From positions 96,001 through 160,000 of the IMG/VR virus record IMGVR_UViG_3300028549_000365: DNA of 64,000 bases; one strand, 5' to 3'. The notes beneath the pieces are model-generated. The model did no database searches. It saw only the letters and a list, made by a program, of their open reading frames with translations, and had not been told where the DNA came from. Shown here piece after piece: positions 9,159-20,496 of the stretch; the first letter of the stretch is position 1, and each line of letters opens with the position of its first letter. Position numbers and translations under genes: made by a program. Source of the DNA: a virus. Taxonomy: Duplodnaviria > Caudoviricetes.

Positions 9159-11507
9159 CTATCTATTAATATGTTGTGATGTTAAACTTTGTACTGAAAG
9201 CACAGGTCCTAACGCACCCTCAATTATGCTTCCACCCCGCATACCCCAACTTGCAGCAGAAGTAGCTTGATCGAAGTCCATCAACACTTTAGAAATTCTA
9301 AGTTTAGCTTTATGTATAGCGTATTTGCTAGTAAGCAAATCTCTTCCACCTAGTACACTTAGGTAATTACCTAATGGTGTATCATCCTCAGCTACTGGTG
9401 TGAATACATTACCTATTGTTTTAATCATCCTACTAAATGTATCACTACTTACAGGAGCAGTTATCAATGTACTAAAATCTGTTACTTGAAATGTTATATC
9501 CAACGCTAGTGGTCTTCTATTCTTATTGAATGCTAAATTAGATGTTCCTCTAGTAATAGAAACATCAGTTATCATACCTAATCTAATATTCTGTACACCT
9601 TTAGAGTATAGCGAACATAGAAAAGGTGATGTATATGAACTTTTACCTGTAGACAACGGTAATACACCTGCTAATATCATGCATAATGGTATATACATAT
9701 TTTGTAGTTGTGAAATAGTATTACCGTACGGAGATATAAGTTGCATACTATAACTAACACTAGGAAAAGACGCAGAAGAATCATCCCATTTTTTAGGAAT
9801 ATCTATAAACGCACCACCTGTCATCGTTTGTATAACAGAAGATAATCCAAATGAAACTGAGTCTAGAACACCAGCTACTATAGCTTTCGCACCCTGTAAC
9901 ATACTATCCATACCATTTACCATATTACCACCAGCTAAATCAAACTTTAAGTTTCTAGCTCTACTAGAAGCTTGTTTAATAGTATCTCCTGTATTTATAG
10001 TTCCTGTACTATTACTGAACGATTCAGAAACAGAACCTGTAAAGTCTACTCCGAATACTGCATAAGCACCACCCTGTCTAGCAGTAGCATCAACTGCTCC
10101 TAAGAAGTTAGTAGCCCACGATTCTTGTTCTTTACTAACTGTTTCTTTATACTTATGACTTTGTTTCATTTTCTGTGTAGTGGCTGCATCAGCCGCTTCT
10201 TGTTTATTCTGTTTATCTTTTGCTTTCTTAGCTTCCTCCGCAGCAGCTATCTCAGCTTCAGTGGGTTCTTTCTTCTCTTCAGTAGTACTAGACCGCATAG
10301 CTTCAGCTTCTTTTACTTTAGCTTCTTTTGTAGCTTCTTCCAGTTTATCATCTGGTGCACTTATTGGTTTAAGATGTTGTGCTAAATCTTTAAAATACGC
10401 TTCAAATGTAAAGTTATCGTTTATTTTGTTTTGTATAGATAAAGCTTTATCTACTATATCGCCTTCTTTTGTCAGAATATTCCATATCCCTTCTTGTTCA
10501 TATAACGCATTCTGTTTGGCTTTACGTATGTTCGCCACACGTTGAGCTCTTGTAGCTATTGCAAACATATCTATATAGTTGTTTTCAGATATCATACCGT
10601 CTGGTAAATAATCTCTTATATCGGACATTGCTTGTGTATCTAAATTTAATGTGTTACCTATTACAACATCACCATTATTTGGATTAGCCTTAAGTGCATC
10701 CAGCTCTTCCTTAGAAGTTGGTACGCCAAAGTTAGTACCACTAAAAACAGGACTTAGTAATCCTAATTCTGTGCCTAACTGTGTAACTAGCTGATTAACC
10801 GTAGACCAATATAAATGCATATGTGGTGCTAAATAATAATAGTTATATAGATTTGCATTTGTAAATAATGAAGCCATTAACTTAAATGCTGTTATACCTA
10901 TAGTTATCATAGGAAAAGCTATTAGCATACCTATATACCCAGCTGCTTGTCCAGCGTTGTAAAAGAAAGAACTTCTACCAGTATTAGCTAATATACTATC
11001 CGAGTAATCAATCGCTCTTAAAAAGAAATCTGTCATAGAGTTAAATCTAGGTAATCCAAACTCCATAAACACTGTCTGTTGGTTATCGTCAATAGCTTCA
11101 GAATAGTATCGACCCATACCCATTCTATTACCTAGTTTATTACCGCTAAGTGGTGCTATTGTTACATTGGCTGAGTCAGTAAATGATACTCCATTAGATC
11201 TACCTATTTTACTAACGGCTCTTATATCACAATATCTTGTAAACTGAGGTCTAGGGTTAATGTGTATATTACCGCCTAAAGCTGAATCTGTATACTTATA
11301 TGTAGCTGAAGAAGCATATCTATAATCAACTAGTGTCTCAGGTATATTTATATCTGGTACTATAAATCTTGATTGTACCCAGTCGTTATCTATTATACCT
11401 ATATCTGTATTTAACTTCTTACCTTCTTTACTTCTTGGTTTGAGTATTGTTTTAATATCAAACCCTTGCATAGCATTATAACTATGTACAGGTGTATCTG
11501 TTGCCAT
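9159..11507 (-). CDS. conserved phiKZ-like virion structural protein (tail/baseplate; gp182-like)
   Basis: Motifs DSALGGN-INPRPQFTRY and GMGRYYSEAIDDN recalled from phiKZ-family structural proteins; charged coiled-coil insert. Confidence 0.6.
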   Translation of the reverse strand: MATDTPVHSYNAMQGFDIKTILKPRSKEGKKLNTDIGIIDNDWVQSRFIVPDINIPETLVDYRYASSATYKYTDSALGGNIHINPRPQFTRYCDIRAVSKIGRSNGVSFTDSANVTIAPLSGNKLGNRMGMGRYYSEAIDDNQQTVFMEFGLPRFNSMTDFFLRAIDYSDSILANTGRSSFFYNAGQAAGYIGMLIAFPMITIGITAFKLMASLFTNANLYNYYYLAPHMHLYWSTVNQLVTQLGTELGLLSPVFSGTNFGVPTSKEELDALKANPNNGDVVIGNTLNLDTQAMSDIRDYLPDGMISENNYIDMFAIATRAQRVANIRKAKQNALYEQEGIWNILTKEGDIVDKALSIQNKINDNFTFEAYFKDLAQHLKPISAPDDKLEEATKEAKVKEAEAMRSSTTEEKKEPTEAEIAAAEEAKKAKDKQNKQEAADAATTQKMKQSHKYKETVSKEQESWATNFLGAVDATARQGGAYAVFGVDFTGSVSESFSNSTGTINTGDTIKQASSRARNLKFDLAGGNMVNGMDSMLQGAKAIVAGVLDSVSFGLSSVIQTMTGGAFIDIPKKWDDSSASFPSVSYSMQLISPYGNTISQLQNMYIPLCMILAGVLPLSTGKSSYTSPFLCSLYSKGVQNIRLGMITDVSITRGTSNLAFNKNRRPLALDITFQVTDFSTLITAPVSSDTFSRMIKTIGNVFTPVAEDDTPLGNYLSVLGGRDLLTSKYAIHKAKLRISKVLMDFDQATSAASWGMRGGSIIEGALGPVLSVQSLTSQHINR

Positions 11508-11559
11508 TTCTAATCCTTAAATATAAGTCATATGATATGATAGGTTATAACCTATCATA

Positions 11560-12324
11560 TCACCAAGACATAATTATACTAGTTGATCTATCACTAGTAA
11601 TTGCTTTTTGTATCATCTCTTTAGCAATACTTTTAATCTCAGCCGATTCTAAAGAACAATTAAAACATTCTTTAAGCTCTCCACCGCTTGCCATCATATC
11701 TTCTACACTTATAGAACATACATCTATACTTTCTATAGCTAGTTTCTTCCATTTTGAAGCAGTTGAAATACCTGGTTCTAATACCCAGTCCCAAGTAATT
11801 ATCTCTAATATTTTCTTAATAGTTATATTACCTTTTAAGGTATTAGCAGTAAAGCTTCTAATAGAGAACGCAGTATTTTCTTCTACATTATCTAATGATG
11901 CTTTTAACGCATCTCCGTGCGGTCCTGACGGTTTTACCCAACCTTCTATAAGAATGTAGTTACCTTGACCAGGAAGTCCAGAAGGATCGTTAGTCGGCGT
12001 TAAAATGACCTCTCTAATATGTGCACAAGTATTAGCAAGAACTATCTTCATATTTCTATTATAAAACTCTGCTTTACTCATTCCAGGTACATACTCAGGA
12101 TGACCTACTTCGCATTTTAAATACCCAGATTTAAGTCTTCTACTAAAAGATGAAGACTCGTTATTTATAAGATCATTTATACCTTCAGCTGTATAAAACT
12201 CACCAGCACTATTAAATACATTTATACCGCCAAGATTAACCTTATAATATCCATTTTCATCTTGTTCTAATTTTCTATTATCACCATTATCTTTTACAGT
12301 AGTGAATATGATTTTGTCAGCCAT
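11560..12324 (-). CDS. head maturation serine protease (phiKZ gp175-like)
   Basis: EVGHPE (catalytic His), FSIRSFT (catalytic Ser), TWDWVLEPGI; C-terminal AIE/SLE self-cleavage-type sites; synteny with the gp176-178-like genes. Confidence 0.85.
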   Translation of the reverse strand: MADKIIFTTVKDNGDNRKLEQDENGYYKVNLGGINVFNSAGEFYTAEGINDLINNESSSFSRRLKSGYLKCEVGHPEYVPGMSKAEFYNRNMKIVLANTCAHIREVILTPTNDPSGLPGQGNYILIEGWVKPSGPHGDALKASLDNVEENTAFSIRSFTANTLKGNITIKKILEIITWDWVLEPGISTASKWKKLAIESIDVCSISVEDMMASGGELKECFNCSLESAEIKSIAKEMIQKAITSDRSTSIIMSW

Positions 12325-12353
12325 GTGAATCCTTATTATGTTATTATCAATAA

Positions 12354-12385
12354 ATATAACTACAGTCCTAGGACTGTAGTTATAT
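12354..12385. repeat. perfect 32-bp loopless palindrome (probable terminator)
   Basis: ATATAACTACAGTCCT|AGGACTGTAGTTATAT. Confidence 0.85.
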
Positions 12386-12386
12386 C

Positions 12387-13112
12387 TTAAGCTCTTAATA
12401 AATCTGCTACTACTGTAGTTTGTGTTTCTTTAACTACGACAGCCGCGGTAACACCAGCACCATAATACCCACCAACTAGTTTTCCAGCGGTATTATCGTA
12501 CGAATAGTAAATATTGTTTAATCCAACATATTCTGGTTTTGTATCTCCAGAATTATTCTTTAACGTATGTCTAAACTTAATATTCTTATCACCAGCCTTT
12601 CTACTAATAACACTAGCTAGTATCTCGTACGCTATAGGATTATCACCTATACCACTACCTGTATACTTACTAGATTCTATTAATAGATCTGATATGTCGT
12701 TGTAATCTATAAACCAAGGAATTTTACCTTTAATAAAAAACTCGTCAAATAGATTATAAAGAAAGTCTCCAGTTTTAAGCAAGCTAGTATTATTTGTAAA
12801 AGTTGAACCTTTATCAAATGTTAAGCATTTGTGTATAACATTATCTATTTCTATGTCTATAATATTACTTGGTGTTAGGTCTATAAATATAGGAGCTAAC
12901 GCCACGCAGTAATTATTTTTAGAATCTATAATAGCAAAGATATTTATAGTTCTGACTGTACTTCCCATAACAGCTAACTCTTGATTAATATATCGTTCTG
13001 GAAACACAACTCTAAAGTCGTCTAGGCAAAGCAACATTCCGTCTTTTTGTTTTATAAGCGTATCTACTATAGTAGAACTACGTTTAAACCTACTACTACT
13101 ATAAGTTTCCAT
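12387..13112 (-). CDS. conserved phiKZ-like protein (gp176-like)
   Basis: 241 aa; position between the protease and the virion RNAP beta gene. Confidence 0.6.
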   Translation of the reverse strand: METYSSSRFKRSSTIVDTLIKQKDGMLLCLDDFRVVFPERYINQELAVMGSTVRTINIFAIIDSKNNYCVALAPIFIDLTPSNIIDIEIDNVIHKCLTFDKGSTFTNNTSLLKTGDFLYNLFDEFFIKGKIPWFIDYNDISDLLIESSKYTGSGIGDNPIAYEILASVISRKAGDKNIKFRHTLKNNSGDTKPEYVGLNNIYYSYDNTAGKLVGGYYGAGVTAAVVVKETQTTVVADLLRA

Positions 13113-13113
13113 A

Positions 13114-14415
13114 CTACGCCTCTAATACAGTAAACTGATCTGTTAAATAGTCTAATACCATATCTATAGTAGCCATTGTAGCTGCTTCTTCTGGTGTTAA
13201 CTTTGTATTAAGTTCAGAGTATCTCATCATGTATGTTGTAAACCTACCAAAATTACTATTTCCAAATACTATTTTACCTACAATCTCCATTGACATTTTT
13301 GAAATATTTAAAACTTCATCACCAGCTCTTCTATCTATTACTAAACGTAACATCTCAATACTGTTTCTAGGTAAACAAGTTAAATCATCGTGTAACTCTT
13401 CTGGTATATTATTTATAATATCAGTTAGTACCATATCATACGCTGCTTTGTATCTAGACACTTCTTGAGAAGCTCTTTTAAGTTGTTCTAACTTATTAGC
13501 GTGGTCCCAAATACCTGTATACTTTTCAGCACCACCTGAAATATCTGACATATCCATATAATCCTTAGCGTCACCAGATAGTAACAATCCTAATAGAACG
13601 TCCATAGTGTTATTAACTAAGAAAGTATCTAATAAATCACCATTTACTATCAATTCTTTTGGTCTAGCTTTTATAACTAATTTGTTAAGATCAGTAGAAG
13701 ATTTAAAGTTTTCTATAACCGATAATAACGCATTAGAAATTTTAGAATATAGTAAGTCCATTACAGTTATGTATGTGCCTTCTGGAGCACTAACACCATC
13801 TGGTCTATCTATTTTTATCTTTTGTACCATAGCAAACAAAACTATCAAGTCATCTAGTGTGTTATAGTCACCTAGAGTTATTCTATTGATATTATCGTTT
13901 GTACTAGATATGTTACCTAAATATTTAGCCCAAATATTTAGAAGCATTTCATCTGTATATTGTACCAAGATAGTTTTAAGCATAATATTCAGAACTTCGT
14001 TGTTAAACTGTATAGCGTCTTTAATAACACCTTTTGGTTCAGGTATAACTAGTACAGCTGAAGGTAGTTCTATTTGTCTAGCTACATTAGGTAATAACCC
14101 ATTATCTTTAAGATATTGTAGTATCTCTGGTATTTTTCTTTCTGTTATTTTATATTCTAATAACGAATTAGGTAATGGTGAATCACTTAACACTTTTTCT
14201 GTTTTAGATATAAAAGTTTTAGCCACAGGTATCATAAGATTTCTTATTTTACCTATTTCATTTTTAACCATACCAGCTATCATTACTGATACATCACTTA
14301 AGTTAGAAGAACTAGGGTTAATCTCTAAAGCAGAGTATACACTGTTGTGTTTGAATTCTATAAGTTTGTTTCTGTTAGCCAAAGCTTCTGCTATTAGTTT
14401 TATTACATTATCCAT
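13114..14415 (-). CDS. conserved phiKZ-like virion protein (gp177-like)
   Basis: 433 aa; same operon. Confidence 0.55.
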   Translation of the reverse strand: MDNVIKLIAEALANRNKLIEFKHNSVYSALEINPSSSNLSDVSVMIAGMVKNEIGKIRNLMIPVAKTFISKTEKVLSDSPLPNSLLEYKITERKIPEILQYLKDNGLLPNVARQIELPSAVLVIPEPKGVIKDAIQFNNEVLNIMLKTILVQYTDEMLLNIWAKYLGNISSTNDNINRITLGDYNTLDDLIVLFAMVQKIKIDRPDGVSAPEGTYITVMDLLYSKISNALLSVIENFKSSTDLNKLVIKARPKELIVNGDLLDTFLVNNTMDVLLGLLLSGDAKDYMDMSDISGGAEKYTGIWDHANKLEQLKRASQEVSRYKAAYDMVLTDIINNIPEELHDDLTCLPRNSIEMLRLVIDRRAGDEVLNISKMSMEIVGKIVFGNSNFGRFTTYMMRYSELNTKLTPEEAATMATIDMVLDYLTDQFTVLEA

Positions 14416-14416
14416 A

Positions 14417-14635
14417 TTACACCCCTAGTCTATTTCTTAGTTTATTTGTAACTAGTTCGTTAACACTTGTATTAAACTCTTCCAGTTCACCTGCAGTGGT
14501 AGGTTTCTTTAATAACCCTTCAGTTTCTGAAGATATTATATTATCCATAACACTCTTAGCTAATGTAACAACACTAGCTAGTCTACTTTCATTTACACTT
14601 ATACGTGTACTTAAATCAATATATTTATTCATCAT
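14417..14635 (-). CDS. small hypothetical protein
   Basis: 72 aa; AAGGA SD; abuts the next gene. Confidence 0.55.
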   Translation of the reverse strand: MMNKYIDLSTRISVNESRLASVVTLAKSVMDNIISSETEGLLKKPTTAGELEEFNTSVNELVTNKLRNRLGV

Positions 14636-14679
14636 TTTCCTTTATAATGTTAGTTCAACTAATATCGAGTGTACCCGAG

Positions 14680-17600
14680 TTAGCTGAAATATAGTTCAAT
14701 AGCTTTGTCTTTTAACTTATCTAAACACATACTTGTTGTGCCTATTAGTTCTGGGCTATTAACTATCCTTGCGGCAAGTGATCTTTGTGAGAAAACAGCT
14801 TCAACTTCTGTATTATCTTTAGTCTTAATATCGTAGTTGTACACTTCACCTACTGTAAACTTAATTTGATTACCGAAAATTGCTTTATCACCTATTCCCA
14901 TACCAACACCAGTTTGAATATACACTTTAACTTCTATCTTACCTTCTAATAAAGATTTACCTTCTATAGAATAACTTCCGTTAACTTTACCTGTAAACCC
15001 TGTATCTTCTACAGATTTTTTATCATACATGTTTACTAACTTTTTAACAGATTTAGACATATCTTCTAATTCACAGTTATACTTAATAAGAACTTTAGAT
15101 ACAGTACCATTAACTTTAGACTTAGGAGAAATAGATTTAATAGTGTTTAATATTTCTCTTGCTCTTTCGTCTAGTTCTTCCATATCACCATTTATTTTAT
15201 CTATATTATTAAATAGTATAGATGCGTATGTAACTTCATCGCCTACGTTAACTAAGTTTAATAAGTTATCATCACAGTTTAGAACAAACGATTTAACCTT
15301 AGTAACAACTGTTCCTAATCTATCTGAAAGTTTCTCAGATATAGCACCTGAATCCTCATAGGTCTGACTATCTTCCATTAAGGCTACATTTAAGTATGTA
15401 CCCATTTTATAAACCACTCTTTTTCTATTAAACACATCTGGTTCGAAGAACAATATATCATAAGCTATAGTATCGTCTTTAGTAAACTTTTCACCTTTAC
15501 TAAGATTAGCTACTAGTGTATGTGTATAAGCAGAACCAGCTTCTTCTTTAGTTGTCCAGCTTACTAATTTGATTTCTTCTTTAACCCCTGACTTATATTT
15601 AACAGTTATAGAGTTATCTTGCACATTCTCTACTACGCCATCTTCTTTTGCAGTTCTAACAAATTTCTTATCTACTCTTAGAGGTAATACTGATTCATAT
15701 CCAGTTCGTACATAAGGTACTCTCATTTCATTTATCGGGATTACATGTGAATTCATAATAGATGTAAAGTTAAGTCTTTTAACATCATCTGTTATACTAA
15801 ATGGAGCTAACATAGCTGATGTAGACACTAATGAACTCCATCCATCTTTCTCTACATCAACATCACCAGTTATACCTCTTGTTGAAATTATCTTAGGGTT
15901 AGCTACCATATGTGCTGTTATACCAACACTACCTGCATCTTTAGATGATTCAGATATAACTCCTATTTCAGAACTATGCATACCTCTTGTAGTCCTAACC
16001 ATAGTTAACTCTGATCTACCTTGAGCTCCTAGATAAGTTGTATCTTCAGTTTGTTTTAAAGCAGCCATAGGGTTTAAATCATCTATTAAAACAGTTGTAC
16101 TATCTTCATTTATCTTACTTAACACAGCATACGGATTTACTTCTAACTTTGACTTACTAAAGTGAGATCTATTTTTATCTAGTTTCATGGCTGTGATTAT
16201 TTCTTTGTATATTAATCCAGCTATACGCTCATAACCTCTAATAGCCATACCTTGTATATCGTTAGGATGTACGTAGTTATCATCTAGTAACAGCTCAGAA
16301 CTTCTCACTAACAAGCTTTTAAATACCGTCGGTTCTTTCATAGTTATTAGAACTTGTTCACTAAGAGGGTCTACATACATATTTTCCATAAGTTTTATTT
16401 CATTAACATATAACATAGGTAATCCTAAAGCTGTGAACACAGCTGAGAACATACTTCTACTATTTAAAGACGTAGACGGTAATATTTTTAGCTCTTTATC
16501 TATAGATAAGAATCCAGAAATTATCATATCACCTAGATCGTAATCTCGTTCTATTACATATTTAACATCTTTGAACTTAATAGCATATCTACCTGTGTTT
16601 TCAAACCTAGCGTTAGGTTCTATCTTAGTATATTTAACATTTAATAAATTAAGTAGTTTATCTAAACCATAATAATAACTTAATATTAGACATACTGGAA
16701 TATACTCTTTAAATATTTTTATGTTAGAATACTCTATAGGTGCAGCGTATCTATCTATTCCTAATAATTCGTATATGTTAGGTAACTCTACTGATTTACC
16801 ATCTTTTGTTTCTATAAGTCTATTGTCATCGGTTATAACAATATAACCTGAACCATTAGTACCTATTAACGTACCTTTCTCTTCGACAGAGTCTAAATTA
16901 ATATTGTCCATTAAAGTTGCTCTTGTGTTATATTCGAAATAGAACCTGTATGATTTAAATTTGAATGTTTTAACATATCTTGAAATCATTTGATAGTCTA
17001 AAGGTAACACAACCCCTACATTATCTACAGATACTGTAACCAAGTCTTTTACAACACCTTCTATATTAAGTTTAGTCAATTGTTTTTGGAACCAGAAACC
17101 AGCGTCATCTTTTTTATATGCTGCTTTAGTAACAAATAACTTACCATAATATGTAGATAACGCAACTTCAGTGCTAGCTATCTTTCTAATAGGTAAATCT
17201 CCTCTTTGATAACGCATAATATATTTATTACCACTGATAGCCATAACACCATCATCGTCAATAACAGGTACTTTTATTCGTATAGTAGATTTAGACCCGT
17301 TTATATTGTTTAAAGATATTTTATGTGTGTCTATTCCACCTAATATAGATTCCTCTCTAATAATCTCATGTTCTTCTATTATAAATGATTCATTTTGCAT
17401 AGCGTATATAACATTTACTATATCTTTATTAAATGTTTCTTTTAAATACTTTCCTCTAACTATACTAGTTGTATCAGCATTCATAGACTTATCTAATACA
17501 ACTATATTATCAGTTAGCTTTGTTTCTTCTGTTGTTATATCTTGTTCTTCTTTCTTATAAACTCTTAACTCAGCAAGTGATCTAGTGTCACCAATAAACG

Positions 17601-18825
17601 GAGATTTTCTAGACTTCTGTTTTTCTATCTTTTCTTTATAGCTATTGAGTTGTACTTTAGATATAAACTTATTGTTATGTAGATGTTCTACTTCAGCAGA
17701 TAATTTATCTGTATCAGTTAGGTCTGTATTAAAAACAATGTCAGGAACAACTGTTTCTAAAACAGTTTCTTCTGACTCATCTACTTCTTCATCTATAACC
17801 TCAGAATCATATACACTTAACATATCTTCTATAACTAATGTTTCATCTTCTTCGTCTGATTCTATAGCAGTAACTATACCATCTAGTGTAACAGTGTCTA
17901 TTATTGTAGATTTATCTATCTCTTCTAGTGTAGCAGGTTGTTTAGCAATAACCATATTAAAGAACAAAACTAATATTTTGAAAACAGTATCGCTTTTATA
18001 TGTTTTTAAATTAGTTTTTATTCCGTTAACATCTAATAAACTAGCTATCTGATTAAGGTTTACTGCTGTAACATTATTATTATATGTAAATAGTAATGTT
18101 ACACGTTCATAATTATTTTTCTCTATGTTAGCTTTTAATATACTTTTATCCATGTACTCTTCGTGCATAAATCTTAGTATTTCTATTAGGTTAAAGTATT
18201 TATAGTTAATAAGTGTTTCTAAATGTATTCTAGTTGTTTCACCCATATACCTATGTAACATTTGTCTAGTAGGTATTTTACTAGGTAAATCAATAGTTAT
18301 AAATACATTTCTAGGAGATGTGTTAACCATATCATTAGTTCTATGTATGGCAGAGTGCATAAGATTTTGCCATTTATAATATAAATTCATAGGGTTAGTA
18401 GTGTAAGTGTACATACTATTTAAACTACCATAATTAAAAACTAATAGTGTACTACTACCCACAGTTAAATTTTTATTCTCTCTAGTTAAGAAGTTATATT
18501 GTTTCTCATTCTTTTTTAATTTAGAAAGTATATCAGCTAGTCTGTTATTATTCTTTCTACATGTTCCTACAGTGTGTATATCACCATATTCATCAGCAGT
18601 CACAACCATAGGTTTTTTAGTTGTGACTAAATAACTTATTTTACTATCTATATATTCTACTACGTCAGATACTTTAGGCCATATCAATATGCTCTTTTCA
18701 GGAAACGCAAATATGTCACCTTTTATAACCCTTGGGTTTATTAGATGCGAAACTTTATAATTGCTTACATCTTTAAAAAACTTGTCGTATCTTAACATGT
18801 ATACTCCTTTTGTTAGATTAATCAA
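14680..18825 (-). CDS. rpoB: virion RNA polymerase beta subunit, large part (phiKZ gp178-like)
   Basis: RNAP beta-like motifs: SESSKDAGSVG, RLNFTSIMNSH, EDSQTYEDSGAIS, GIGDKAIFGNQIK; 1381 aa. Confidence 0.9.
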   Translation of the reverse strand: MINLTKGVYMLRYDKFFKDVSNYKVSHLINPRVIKGDIFAFPEKSILIWPKVSDVVEYIDSKISYLVTTKKPMVVTADEYGDIHTVGTCRKNNNRLADILSKLKKNEKQYNFLTRENKNLTVGSSTLLVFNYGSLNSMYTYTTNPMNLYYKWQNLMHSAIHRTNDMVNTSPRNVFITIDLPSKIPTRQMLHRYMGETTRIHLETLINYKYFNLIEILRFMHEEYMDKSILKANIEKNNYERVTLLFTYNNNVTAVNLNQIASLLDVNGIKTNLKTYKSDTVFKILVLFFNMVIAKQPATLEEIDKSTIIDTVTLDGIVTAIESDEEDETLVIEDMLSVYDSEVIDEEVDESEETVLETVVPDIVFNTDLTDTDKLSAEVEHLHNNKFISKVQLNSYKEKIEKQKSRKSPFIGDTRSLAELRVYKKEEQDITTEETKLTDNIVVLDKSMNADTTSIVRGKYLKETFNKDIVNVIYAMQNESFIIEEHEIIREESILGGIDTHKISLNNINGSKSTIRIKVPVIDDDGVMAISGNKYIMRYQRGDLPIRKIASTEVALSTYYGKLFVTKAAYKKDDAGFWFQKQLTKLNIEGVVKDLVTVSVDNVGVVLPLDYQMISRYVKTFKFKSYRFYFEYNTRATLMDNINLDSVEEKGTLIGTNGSGYIVITDDNRLIETKDGKSVELPNIYELLGIDRYAAPIEYSNIKIFKEYIPVCLILSYYYGLDKLLNLLNVKYTKIEPNARFENTGRYAIKFKDVKYVIERDYDLGDMIISGFLSIDKELKILPSTSLNSRSMFSAVFTALGLPMLYVNEIKLMENMYVDPLSEQVLITMKEPTVFKSLLVRSSELLLDDNYVHPNDIQGMAIRGYERIAGLIYKEIITAMKLDKNRSHFSKSKLEVNPYAVLSKINEDSTTVLIDDLNPMAALKQTEDTTYLGAQGRSELTMVRTTRGMHSSEIGVISESSKDAGSVGITAHMVANPKIISTRGITGDVDVEKDGWSSLVSTSAMLAPFSITDDVKRLNFTSIMNSHVIPINEMRVPYVRTGYESVLPLRVDKKFVRTAKEDGVVENVQDNSITVKYKSGVKEEIKLVSWTTKEEAGSAYTHTLVANLSKGEKFTKDDTIAYDILFFEPDVFNRKRVVYKMGTYLNVALMEDSQTYEDSGAISEKLSDRLGTVVTKVKSFVLNCDDNLLNLVNVGDEVTYASILFNNIDKINGDMEELDERAREILNTIKSISPKSKVNGTVSKVLIKYNCELEDMSKSVKKLVNMYDKKSVEDTGFTGKVNGSYSIEGKSLLEGKIEVKVYIQTGVGMGIGDKAIFGNQIKFTVGEVYNYDIKTKDNTEVEAVFSQRSLAARIVNSPELIGTTSMCLDKLKDKAIELYFS

Positions 18826-18862
18826 ACAATCTCATTTATTTGAAAATTAAGCACAAGGAGCT

Positions 18863-19255
18863 GTGATGGAATCAATAGTGATGGCGACAGCTACTGCGGA
18901 GTTATTAAACCAATTATCTGGAATTATAATATCAGCAGTAGCTTCAGTAGTGGGGTATTATTTAAAGAAATTCATGGAGACTAATAGACTAGTTAAAGAA
19001 TATAATTTATATAATGAGAAAGTTGAAAGAACTTTAGATAACGCTATAATGTATGCGGAAACAAAGTTTAGACACCAAGTTGGAAATGAGATTTCTAAAA
19101 GACAGTTTGCGATAAGTTATCTAGATATGATTGACCCTGAGATAATAGCTACTAACGGAGGTAAGCTAGAACTTATGTTAGATAGAAAAGTAGAACAAGT
19201 ACTTAAAAAGAAAACACCAGTTAAAAGAAAAACTAAGCCTATAGAGAACAACTAA
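18863..19255 (+). CDS. putative holin (LL-H-like)
   Basis: One N-terminal TM helix (IIISAVASVVGYYL), then AIMYAE...KRQFAISYL and a basic tail. Confidence 0.6.
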   Translation: MMESIVMATATAELLNQLSGIIISAVASVVGYYLKKFMETNRLVKEYNLYNEKVERTLDNAIMYAETKFRHQVGNEISKRQFAISYLDMIDPEIIATNGGKLELMLDRKVEQVLKKKTPVKRKTKPIENN

Positions 19256-19542
19256 TGTTGTTCTCTATAGCTAATTAATTTCTCTACTTGATAATCTGGT
19301 TTATTCTCTATCCAATTATATGTCTTATGATCTTGATTATACACACCTATCAGATCAACTGGTAGAATTCCTTCTTCCATAAACTGTTTAGCCAATATAC
19401 CTAATACTACATTTATATGCGTTGTGTTATTTTGTAACCCTGTATTAAACATACGTGGTACTAATGCGTCTACATATAATAATTCACCTGTTGCAATATC
19501 TACTGATATTAGAGTTACTTTATCTATAATATTACCAAACAT
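19252..19542 (-). CDS. hypothetical protein
   Basis: 96 aa; GAGGA SD. Confidence 0.55.
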   Translation of the reverse strand: MFGNIIDKVTLISVDIATGELLYVDALVPRMFNTGLQNNTTHINVVLGILAKQFMEEGILPVDLIGVYNQDHKTYNWIENKPDYQVEKLISYREQH

Positions 19543-19555
19543 TAGTATTTCCTCA

Positions 19556-20350
19556 TTATAGTGTATTTGATATCATAGACGTAACTAATCTAGATGTAGC
19601 GTTACTGTTGTTTAAGAAAGCTACTTTCTTCCACACTGTGTTAAGTTGTGTTAGATACATTTCATTAGCATCTGAATAACTATCCACTATCTCTTTTATA
19701 GTACCTAACTCATGACCACCCCATATATAACCTTTGTCTAGTTTAACTATTAAGTTATTATAGATATAAGCTTTTACCGCTAAAATAACCAGTATACTAA
19801 AGGCTCCATAATTTCTAGGCGAGATATTCTCTAGGTTAGTACTATTCTCTAAAACACATCTAACGAATCCTGAATATAAAGGTAGTGATGGGTCTTGAAC
19901 CAGTATAGTGTTATCAGCTATAAGTTCTAATCTACTTGTACCTATAGATACCGCGTTACTTAAATTGTTCATAAGATTAACACCAGCTGACACTAGGTCT
20001 GAGCCACCTATACCTTGACCTAATGTACTCGGTACTTGAGCTGTATTAGCGATTAACGATAACACAGACATTATTGATTTATTATTAGTAGCTGTTTTAG
20101 GAACTTTAACCACAGTTTCACCTGTAGGTAAAACTGATATATTACACTTATCTAAAGATATAACAGTTTGTATACCACCTACTAAGTTAGTATCTACAAG
20201 CACTCTAGGCCTTAATACCTTAGACATAATCATCTCCTCTAATGACACTGAAGTATTTATCATATTAGATTTTTCCATAAACCCTATTCCTAAAATCTCC
20301 GGTGGTATACTATTTCCCACTTCACTAAGTGCTTTTGTTATAGCGTTCAT
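19556..20350 (-). CDS. conserved phiKZ-like virion structural protein
   Basis: N-terminus MNAITKALSEV..IPPEIL recalled from phiKZ-family virion proteins. Confidence 0.6.
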   Translation of the reverse strand: MNAITKALSEVGNSIPPEILGIGFMEKSNMINTSVSLEEMIMSKVLRPRVLVDTNLVGGIQTVISLDKCNISVLPTGETVVKVPKTATNNKSIMSVLSLIANTAQVPSTLGQGIGGSDLVSAGVNLMNNLSNAVSIGTSRLELIADNTILVQDPSLPLYSGFVRCVLENSTNLENISPRNYGAFSILVILAVKAYIYNNLIVKLDKGYIWGGHELGTIKEIVDSYSDANEMYLTQLNTVWKKVAFLNNSNATSRLVTSMISNTL

Positions 20351-20417
20351 TATTACTCCTTATTTGCTTTTCAAATAACTTGTTAATAAATAGTGAATAG
20401 CATAAAATCTTAATCAC

Positions 20418-20436
20418 ATATTATTTAAGTAGAGTG
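20418..20436 (+). promoter_or_regulatory. promoter/leader element shared with the chimallin gene
   Basis: ATATTATTTAAGTAGAGTG is identical at 20418-20436 and 35093-35111. Confidence 0.7.
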
Positions 20437-20496
20437 AAAGATATCCGCGGAATATTGATATACAAATAGCTCAAAATAAAACTAGGAGTACAACAC